Positions 11,131 through 20,000 of a stretch of 20,000 nt of DNA are shown here, in pieces. The notes beneath the pieces were generated by a model that searched no databases, was not told the origin of the DNA, and worked only from the letters and a program-made list of their open reading frames with translations. The translations under genes were made by a program, and so were the position numbers. This DNA comes from Priapulus caudatus. Lineage: Eukaryota. The DNA lies in the NCBI RefSeq assembly GCF_000485595.1, contig NW_014577081.1, positions 400,353-420,352 on the forward strand, given 5' to 3'. Position 1 is the first letter of the stretch. Every line of letters begins with the position of its first letter.

Positions 11131-12216
11131 AGCGGTATATCTATAAATAAGATTACATATATCGAAGAATAGACTTTATATTGTTTACATTATTATTAAT
11201 TTATACAATTGCAATTGCAATTGCTTGCAAATGTCACACGAATTGATAATGGGGACTCCCGTATAAGGACATTCAAGGTCACTCACATATGCTGATGACA
11301 TGTTTCCTATCTTGCGTTTATTGCCAGATATAGTCACGCGCTTAGTCCCCGTCGTGATAGAATAAATGTACATTGCGTGTGCGGTCGGTTAATACAATGT
11401 GATAATGATGAGATTGCCGACTCATGAATATGAGCGTGTGTTGAGAACAATTGTTACAGCGAACAAGCAAGAAAATGCGAATGTTGAATCCTAATCGGCA
11501 TCGTGGTCCCGCCTGTTTATCTGAAATCTGCAGCATAGCATTTTAGATTATATTCCGCCGTTCTAGGACTTCTTGGCAGTGTAAAGTTGTTGTAAGATAC
11601 CGTGTCGTTCAGGTGTTTGTATTATCTTTAGTAAAGCTGTGATGCGACAGAAGCTACTGTGTGTGTGTTGAGTAACAGTATTTTCAAAAGGTCGATATAT
11701 TAAGAGTCGTGCGCACGCTAACGGGATGCTAATGAAGGAATTATGTGCTTGCGGGCGCGCAGTGACAATCACGCGACCCAGCGTAGGTTTACGTTTCGCT
11801 GCTATTCGTTTGTTGTCGAAATACGTTTCGTGTCTGCGTCGTCGTTAGCAGCTTCGCCGTCTGAGTTCTGTGTGAATGATGACACCTGTATATGCTGCTA
11901 TACACGGTCTCCCGCCGCTGGAATGTGCCGCCGCCTGGTGGCCAGCATCAGTCACCGTAGTGTTCATGTGCTGGTGGTACATGTCCGCCGTGTGCAGCTA
12001 TCTAGTAGAATAAGTAGATGATGTTATGAAAGTCTAGAGTCCATGATATAGGGATCTTGTTGCTGCTGCAGCATGTTCAACTGAGAGATAAACCGGCATG
12101 TGGTACGTTATTGCATAGATTCCCGTGACTGTCTGTCATGTTGTCAGATCATGTTTTATACGTTGTGATGTCATTATTATGTCAGAACTGTTCTATACCA
12201 TTCTGTATATCAGAGG

Positions 12217-12296
12217 CACACACACACACATATATATATATATTTATATGTATATATATATATGTGTGTGTGTATATGTATGTATATATATATATA
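12217..12296. repeat. Compound (CA)n/(TA)n/(TG)n microsatellite
   Basis: Directly visible. Confidence 0.9.
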
Positions 12297-12774
12297 ACCA
12301 CTGTAAATGCTCCTGTTGTGTATGTCTTACTGGTAGTCTGCATTTGGCTATTGTATTTGGATGGGATCACGCGTTTGTTTCTGTCGTTCTACGTGTATAT
12401 ACATGCTTGCCTGCACGCACGCACACTCTCATAAGCATGAAGACGCATTTATGATTTATCATGCACTCGTACTTGTGCACAGTGCATGCATGCGACTGTG
12501 TGCGCCAATCTAGCCACACACGTCACTCGCATGTGACTCGCATGGTCTGACCTCTACCTCGGGGACGTGTCGTCCATCATAGTCGCGACACTTCGGCGCA
12601 TGCGCATGCGTCCACACCACTGCAACATCACCCCCCGCATCTCTCATCACACAGCCCCACCCCCCCAGCCGCCGCCGCCCCGCATCGTGTCGGTGACGTG
12701 GAGGTCCGTCATGCGGGCCGTGGTCACCGCCACCGGCGACGTCTCATCCTGCTTCGTTTACTGTTTCATTTCAG

Positions 12775-12987
12775 ATCCGCGTTGTTAATGCTTTCCGCGA
12801 GGGCAGTGACACCCCAACTAGCCTAGCAACCAACCCTTCTCTCCAAAACGTGCTCTCCCAGTGGCAGGCCAAGCGGCCGTCGACGTGCGACGCTATGCCG
12901 TATGTTCGCTCTCCGTCGCAGCCGGCGGCCAGCCCCAACCGTGTTGAGAGCATAGAAGAGATCCAGGAGACGGAGACCGCGTTGTAG
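12775..12987 (+). CDS. PMCA: Plasma-membrane Ca2+-ATPase, distal alternative terminal exon (70 aa: [70 protein letters not shown])
   Basis: Acceptor ctgtttcatttcag|ATC (AG at 12773-12774); phase 0. It starts with IRVVNAFR, the canonical PMCA sequence after splice site C. The frame is open to TAG at 12985-12987. The C-terminal E-T-A-L resembles the ETSL/ETSV PDZ ligands of PMCA b-forms. Translated by hand; not in the ORF track. Confidence 0.92.
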   Translation: MRVVNAFREGSDTPTSLATNPSLQNVLSQWQAKRPSTCDAMPYVRSPSQPAASPNRVESIEEIQETETAL

Positions 12988-13008
12988 CCACCTCTAGCTA
13001 CGTGTAGC

Positions 13009-13031
13009 ACAGACAGACACACACACAGACA

Positions 13032-13073
<42 letters not shown>

Positions 13074-13171
13074 CACACGTACACACGACGCACACACGTA
13101 CGTACACGCGCGCGCGCGCACGCGCGCACTAAAAACACACACACACACACACACACACACGCACGCACACA

Positions 13172-13260
<89 letters not shown>

Positions 13261-13676
13261 NNNNNNNNNNNNNNNNNNNNNNNNNNNNNNNNNNNNNNNN
13301 NNNNNNNNNNNNNNNNNNNNNNNNNNNNNNNNNNNNNNNNNNNNNNNNNNNNNNNNNNNNNNNNNNNNNNNNNNNNNNNNNNNNNNNNNNNNNNNNNNNN
13401 NNNNNNNNNNNNNNNNNNNNNNNNNNNNNNNNNNNNNNNNNNNNNNNNNNNNNNNNNNNNNNNNNNNNNNNNNNNNNNNNNNNNNNNNNNNNNNNNNNNN
13501 NNNNNNNNNNNNNNNNNNNNNNNNNNNNNNNNNNNNNNNNNNNNNNNNNNNNNNNNNNNNNNNNNNNNNNNNNNNNNNNNNNNNNNNNNNNNNNNNNNNN
13601 NNNNNNNNNNNNNNNNNNNNNNNNNNNNNAACACGACACACGAACACACACGACACGACACGACACGACACGACAC

Positions 13677-13729
<53 letters not shown>
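13009..13729. repeat. (CA)n/(CGCA)n microsatellite block flanking an assembly gap
   Basis: CA repeats lie on both sides of the N run. Confidence 0.92.
13261..13629. other. Assembly gap (369 N)
   Basis: Run of N. Confidence 1.
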
Positions 13730-13731
<2 letters not shown>

Positions 13732-13798
13732 TGGGCGGGCGGATGTAGTTCGTGCACGACGACAGGAACAGCGTGGGCTTGCGCTTGCCGATTTCACA

Positions 13799-13818
13799 CA
13801 CGTGGCTCCACCTAGTGG
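13799..13818 (-). promoter_or_regulatory. CTCF-like motif fused to an E-box (CCACTAGGTGGAGC-CACGTG on the - strand)
   Basis: 13/14 match to the CTCF core. 18/20 identical to 10402-10421 in inverted orientation. Confidence 0.4.
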
Positions 13819-15462
13819 GTGGGAGACCTGCAGCCTAGGCAGCTCGTCATTGATCAGACGATGGCGGGCACATTTTTGCGTTAATTCGCTCGCGGCTCGA
13901 GTTTCTTGCTGCGGCGAGTCAGGCGTACCATATGGCGTTTGAAAGCCGATAAGCAACATTTTCTGCTGGTACATCGTTGAAAGATCTTTACTAGAAACGC
14001 GCGCGCACACACAACATACCTACGCGCGCACGCGCACATCCTTCACCGCAGGCGTGAGTGGCAAGCAAGTGCAAGGCTAGGCTGTAACGAGTGAATGTGC
14101 ATGTCACGCACCTTTCCGGACTAGTTTTCCGAAATTACATGTTTACGTATGTTTCTCGGTGGCAGTCTTGGAGCTTGTTTCCACACAGTGATTGTTTTCT
14201 GCACAGTCGTCATCTTTGATTAGCACCGTCGAGTACTGGTGTTAGTTTCGGCCAACCGTCTACGTATCGGTTCGGCCACACAGCTAGTCGCTGTCTCTCT
14301 CTCGCTATGTGGTTTGTTTGTAAGTTTAGTTTCTAAAAACGTTCCGCGTAAAACGTATAGCCAATGCAGTCGCGCGAAATCGGTTCGGTTGCATTTTTTG
14401 AGTTTCGAGCGGGTTGTGTGTGTGTGTCGAGGTCAGTATGGATGCGGGAAGAGGCTTGCTGTTTGATATGGTGCAGTCCGTGTGTCGTAGACTGACTGCT
14501 CGCACACGCGACCCGCAATGCGTAGAAAACCGCTGTCACGGTCCGTGCGTGTCGTAACTGTTTACCGCGTGTGAGTTTACGCTACTATCAATGCCGGTTT
14601 ACTACCAGCCGCCACCCGGACAGGCGGTGTGTTGGGTATGCTGCGTTGTTCTGTGCCGTATGATCGTGCACAGCGTATGGTAGAATTTGGTGCTTTCCAA
14701 CCCGTTGGACCTGGCATCATCCAGTATATATGTAACTCCAGGGTGTTCCTGCAGCGCTTGTTTCTATCGGCGCTTGCCACGAATAACGAACGAAACCTGG
14801 TGGCCTACTACTTTGTATATAGATGTGTGAAGCTTCCAGAATCCAGCGGAGTCCCTATACTGCTCTGCCTGGCTGGCAGCAAAGATGCATGACATCATGT
14901 TGGTATTATATTACTATACGATTAGTTACATGTTGTATGTCCGTAAATCGTTATGATACAGGGTTCGTAAAGATAGCTGTGTTTCTACATCTTAGCAGTC
15001 AGTCTACGTCAAATGCGATTCTCAACTTGGTACCGTAATGAAATGGGGAAAAATATCCCACTGTGATAGTCGCAAGCATACACGTGCATACGCGTACACA
15101 TACACACGATCCCATCTTGCTAAGTTGGCAACGTGCTCGGATGTCTACGTACGTCTGATGTACGTATCGTTTATGGCAGGGCAAATGCAATATGGAAGCG
15201 GGCTGCTTTGCGTCAGGTAATGCGTGTGAAGGTCAAATGTGAAATGCTCTGGCAGTGTGTGGGATGAGAAGTGTGCAGTGAGTGGCAGAGGACGTGTGTA
15301 ACCGTGGCGGCAGATGCGAGCCAGGTAGAGGCATTGATCTACAAGGAATACACGGCACAACTCTTACCAGCCGGGCGAAGAGCAGTAGTCTATCACGTGG
15401 AAACCCCCCCCCCCCCCGATTCAACGTGTGAACTTTTCATAATCGTGTAGTTTTGAAGGAAA

Positions 15463-15468
15463 AATAAA
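15463..15468 (+). terminator. Candidate poly(A) signal for the distal PMCA terminal exon (alternative at 16691-16696)
   Basis: AATAAA in an AT-rich context with GT-rich sequence downstream. Confidence 0.3.
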
Positions 15469-15817
15469 ACCGTTTTATATAAAAATCGTGTGGGTAAAAA
15501 TACATAATCGATTAATCATTATTTCAGTAAAAGGTAACAGGCTATTTACGGATGTTATGCTTCCATGTATTTCGTTGTGGTGTAATCATAATTTACACCC
15601 TAGTATTTACAAATGTTAAGTGACTCATTATTCGCGCGTTACTGTGATGCTGTTAAAAAATCGGTACATTATGATGATATATATGTAAATGGGTATATAT
15701 GTTGGGCATTAGGGCAGCGTCGGCGGCCAGTACATGTACGTGTATTACGATATGGAACGTGTTCGTTTCTATGGTAACACTGGTATTTCGTGGATGCCGC
15801 TGTTTATCGGAGGGCCT

Positions 15818-16158
15818 GACCGGACGTGGCAGGGGTCGCTGAGGCGGTGCATGCTGACCGGACGTGGCGGCGGTCGCTGAGGCGGTCCATGCCGACCGGA
15901 CGTGGCGGCGGTCGCTGAGGCGGTCCGTGCCGACCGGACGTGGCAGGGGTCGCTGAGGCGGTCCATGCCGACCGGACGTGGCGGGCGGTCGCTGAGGCGG
16001 TCCATGCTGACCGGACGTGGCGGGGGTCGCTGAGGCGGTCCGTGCTGACCCGGACGTGGAGGCGGTCGCTGAGGCGGTCCATGCTGACCCGGACGTGGTG
16101 GGGGTCGCTGAGGCGGTCCATGCTGACCGGACGTGGTGGGGGTCGCTGAGGCGGTCCA
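15818..16158. repeat. GC-rich 38-39-bp minisatellite, 9 copies (last one truncated), consensus GACCGGACGTGGCGGGGGTCGCTGAGGCGGTCCATGCT
   Basis: Units start at 15818, 15856, 15894, 15932, 15970, 16009, 16047, 16086 and 16125. Confidence 0.95.
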
Positions 16159-16370
16159 ACCTCGGTGCTGACCCATGGACCGCGATAAGCGTTATATCCT
16201 AACTCTCATGATAAGTTTATATCGCTGTTGCCTTTTACCGAAATAATGATGGTTGGTATATACGATCGTGTGTGAGCTTCCCACTTCCTTCCCATCCTCT
16301 CCCTCCCCCTCCCATCCCCTCCCTCCCTCAATGTCCGCAGTCTGATCATAGAGATGCGTATCCCTATTTG

Positions 16371-16421
16371 TAATACTTGTCATGTTGTGACAGCATCTAT
16401 AATACTTGTCATGTTGTGACA
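16371..16421. repeat. Exact 22-bp direct repeat TAATACTTGTCATGTTGTGACA with a 7-bp spacer
   Basis: Copies at 16371-16392 and 16400-16421. Confidence 0.9.
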
Positions 16422-17193
16422 CATGTCGAGTTTGCAGTGACGTTGAAGTGAATGGACGCGCGATGTGATTTAGCGTCATGATGGCTTGTGCCACGTCCTC
16501 CCCCTCACCGTGCCACGATTGCTAAATGCCTCCATCTACTAATGGTGTATTCCATGTAGTGGATGGAGTGTATGCCACAGGTGTTGTAATAATCTCATAC
16601 CTCATTACATGGAGTCATTGAGCAATGTTGTACTCAGTCAGACAGAAGGTTCGGAGTTGTCAGGGCGTAACGTACGTATCGAATGTATTGAATAAAGATG
16701 TGCGTGAGTTAGCGTCAGTAATGGGCTGGCCACTTCACTGAGCTAAGACAGCACATATAAGTGTCAACCTTACTGTTCCTAAACGCTCTGAGATTTTACA
16801 TTTTGTTACACTCAGCTAGCTTGAGTCGTCACTTCAAATGCGTTTCTCTTGATCCTGGATAGCAAGAGGGGTAGACTCCCTCGTTATTATTGTTATTTAA
16901 TGTATGTGCCACTGTAAGATAGTAACATGTGTACATAGCAAGATATAAAGGCTCTTGCAACGTAGTTGAAATGCGCAAGTCTAATTCGTACCAACATGGC
17001 GACATTGCGCAAAAGAACCGTTTAGCAGTGCAAGAGAGACTACAGTGCAGGTTCGACAGGTTCACAATATTACTAGTAGAGTCATTAAAATATCATTCTT
17101 CCAATGAGATTATTGGTAGGATTGCTATGGGAAGCCGACAAAATAATGCTTCATATAGTTGGTCTAATTTAATCGGTAGAGCGTGTGCGTGTG

Positions 17194-17328
<135 letters not shown>

Positions 17329-18459
17329 TCGCGCAGTTTCGTGAGGTGTAGGCTTGCAGCTTTCAATCGTGTTATGTAACTGTATAGCAGCGTGATTCCC
17401 TGCAAGCTGTCCGTGTGTAACAGCGCCCCCTGTAGGCACTTCACCGTGTATTCTTCCCAAACAGTGAGCAGTATATTGTGCAACATGTTGTGCGATTTCA
17501 CAGTTTTGCAATATGCATAGGGTTTTCCATCTTTGGAATGTTAAATATGTAAAATAATGTTATTTAATATCATATTATATTGTAGTATTTATGAGGTATT
17601 ATATTTGTTCTGCTTTGCGTGTGTGAAACAATGAATTCTTTTCACTGGTTGACGCAGTATAGTTTGTATGGCTGCATGCCAAATGTACGTTGTTGCAGAG
17701 GAAAAGCTGTTCACTTGTCTGTTTTTCAGTTTATGATACCATTTCACACGGATTGGAAATTGCTGGTTTTCAGTTTGTTCACATTCACTAAAGATTGCGT
17801 TAGTTATCGATGCTGCGTAAACCTATGGAGTACATTATTGTCATGGTGTAGGTACTTAGTGAAATTCAATGCAATAAACTTAATGCTTATGCCATATAGA
17901 GGTAGACATTTTTGGTGTCTGTGAAACGTTTGATAAAAGCAAGCATGTGAGATTTCGGTATGAATCCGGACTGGGTTAACCTCTTGAGAATGGTATACTG
18001 GTATAATTTATAAGTACATCAATAATTGAAGTTTAACACGTAAGTAAACTATCGACGGTCGGCCTTTCCATGGCAAAAAGTTTTCCTCCTTTCAGACCTA
18101 CTGGTATCTGATATCAGTAAATTTCGTTTTCAAGGGTTTAGCTCAATCGAACAGCATTTTATGTACAGTGTTTGTTGTGCAATCTTAACTATTCATGATA
18201 ACTTAGTGTTAGCATCACTTGTGTGTGCGTGTGTGTGTGTGTTTCTGATATGTTTGAGATTTAATAACACTTTAAAACGGCAAGGAAATTATATAATTAC
18301 CACCCGACTTTATTTAGAAATGGTTTGGTATGGTCATTTTGTGTTCAGCATGACATATGTATTTCAGCGTCGTTGGATCTGTGTGATTAGGGGACGCGTG
18401 ACAAGTAAACAGTGTGTTGCTATTACGTTGATGCACAGAGCTACGATTAATGAGCCTTA

Positions 18460-18890
18460 GGTAAACATGTTGGACAGGCACAGAAACTGTGTATACCGCC
18501 GCCAAGCATGAGCCAGCGTACTACCCAACACCTTCACTAGGCGGTTGCGTGTGGTATGACCTTGTATTGCCCTTCTGAGTGGATCTTGGTCAGTCGTCAA
18601 CGTCAAACTGCTCCGGTTGACGTCACAATTAAAAAACGGTTGTACGCCGGTAGAGAATGACAGCAAGATGGCATGGTTTCCAACCGATGTAATGAAAGTG
18701 CTCGAATCGTAGACGGCATCTCGGCTGCACTTTTGGCCAAGAATTCATGACGCATCGCATACGAGTTTAGTCCAGTGTGCATGTGTATAGTGAAGATGGC
18801 AATTCTTCCCAGCAGCTGCCAGTAGCTGCATGCTGTTTCTAGTTGCTGTGCCTGTCCAACCACGGGATGGTATTCATATTTTGATGATAC
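18460..18890 (-). mobile_element. Probable decayed DIRS/Ngaro-type tyrosine-recombinase retrotransposon fragment (RNase H C-terminal part followed by YR N-terminus)
   Basis: Across several frameshifts the - strand gives, in the expected order, EYHPVV (cf. ELYPIV), IHMHT-D (cf. IxFxxDN), CVMNS..K..RD (cf. INSGxSRD), TIRA..ITSVGN..HLAVILYR (cf. IRAxHIPGxxNxLADALSR), then GSTLAHAWRRYTQFL (cf. STxxxYxxAWxxFxxF). The reading requires assumed indels. Confidence 0.4.
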
Positions 18891-19274
18891 ATACAATCAT
18901 CATTAGAGGTTTGTTATAATATTCGTTGAGTTTTTGTACCTTGATTACCAAAAGGTTTTTGTTCAAATGTTAAGGCCACTAAGGGTTTTTACGAATAAAG
19001 TTTTTATGATGGAAGTTGTGCCGTCTTGAGTATTTTTCCACGCATGGTTTTTTTCAAAATGTCTAGACTATACTAGATAGATTCCTTATTAAAACTTTAA
19101 AACCCCAGAGAGACTGTTACTGCACTTATATGTCATCGGTTATGAGTCGACCCCGAGTCAACCTTTTGGTAGTACGAAATCCGCTATACGGTAGCTGTGA
19201 CAACTAGCAACAAGCTATATGTCGAGTTGCACACAATGACAGCAAACGTAATCGTAACAGTATTAACCTCTCAT

Positions 19275-19280
19275 TTTATT
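19275..19280 (-). terminator. Candidate poly(A) signal of the ATP synthase gamma gene
   Basis: TTTATT on + (AATAAA on -), ~310 nt downstream of the stop codon. Confidence 0.45.
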
Positions 19281-19590
19281 CGCTTACATATTTAATATAC
19301 AAGTCAACACCAGATATGGAAAATAAGGTACTGCTTGTAAATGCTCTAGATGAAATAATCTACAATCGACAGTTCGAAGAGAACAATTTTGACCCGCAGT
19401 AAAGAAACCGACTACACCATGCCCTGCCCTTCCTCGCTGCCTACACCTTGTGCTAGCCAGAAAACAACGCCAACGATGTCGACTACAAACAAACCGACAC
19501 TGTTTAAACAAGGGATGGGAGAGGTTCTAAAATTATTTAACGAAACAGAGATGACCTTCCTGTAGTGGATTGCCTGAGCATCACTGCAGG

Positions 19591-19694
19591 TTACTCCAGG
19601 GCTGCTGCACCAGAGATGATCTCCACCAGCTCCCGCGTGATCACAGCCTGCCTGGTGCGGTTGTAGGTCATCTTCAGCTTGTCAATCATCTCCC
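19591..19694 (-). CDS. ATP5F1C: Mitochondrial ATP synthase F1 subunit gamma, last coding exon ((G)[33 protein letters not shown])
   Basis: The - strand acceptor is cctttattgcag|GG GAG ATG (phase 1). The peptide carries the gamma-subunit C-terminal signature NRTRQAxITxELxEIISGAxAL. Stop TAA at 19591-19593. Not in the ORF track. Confidence 0.97.
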
Positions 19695-19879
19695 CTGCAA
19701 TAAAGGTGCATGTACGTGTAGGAATGGTAGAGTAGTCGAGAGCGCACTGTTGGCCAGTGCTTCATTGTTTGTTTTTTCTGTTGTTCATGATTCGTTCTCT
19801 TCCACTGTAGCCAATACCTGTGTCTATTAGTCCAATGCTCTCTTTCTTTTAATCATTCCCGCCTTTCCCCTCTCATCAT

Positions 19880-19883
<4 letters not shown>

Positions 19884-19915
<32 letters not shown>
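19884..19915. repeat. (CT)n microsatellite in the ATP synthase gamma intron
   Basis: Directly visible. Confidence 0.9.
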
Positions 19916-20000
19916 GTACGACCGACGGTACGGAGTAGGTACGTACGACGACGAGGAATCGCGACGCGTAACGTTAACTACTTAACCTACCGTAACTACG

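Noticed and set aside
12771..14010. Long minus-strand ORFs (267-328 aa)
   Set aside because: They are made of CA repeats and the N gap. The real exon is on the + strand.
15653..16202. ORFs of 61-168 aa on both strands
   Set aside because: They are translations of the 38-bp minisatellite. The period is not a multiple of 3 and the same peptides cycle through the frames.
19570..19830. 86-aa plus-strand ORF
   Set aside because: It is the antisense shadow of the ATP synthase gamma exon.

Overview
Microsatellite-rich animal (probably invertebrate) genomic DNA from a draft assembly, with one N gap and stretches that look like uncorrected read noise. The + strand carries the 3' end of a plasma-membrane Ca2+-ATPase gene (PMCA/ATP2B). 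It appears as two separate terminal exons, 8025-8444 and 12775-12987. Both begin in phase 0 in the middle of the calmodulin-binding domain (LRVVRAFR and IRVVNAFR), and each ends in its own class I PDZ-type tail (ESNV and ETAL), so they look like mutually exclusive last exons. The second exon is absent from the ORF track. The - strand carries the last coding exon of mitochondrial ATP synthase subunit gamma (19591-19694), tail-to-tail with PMCA. The non-coding DNA holds a ~4.5 kb noisy 39-bp tandem array, a 38-bp GC-rich minisatellite, many microsatellites and a probable decayed DIRS/Ngaro-type retroelement fragment. Candidate regulatory signals surround the distal PMCA exon: a GCATG cluster and an inverted pair of CTCF-like/E-box 20-mers. 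Nearly all ORFs in the supplied track are repeat artefacts. All family assignments come from motif recognition, not database searches.
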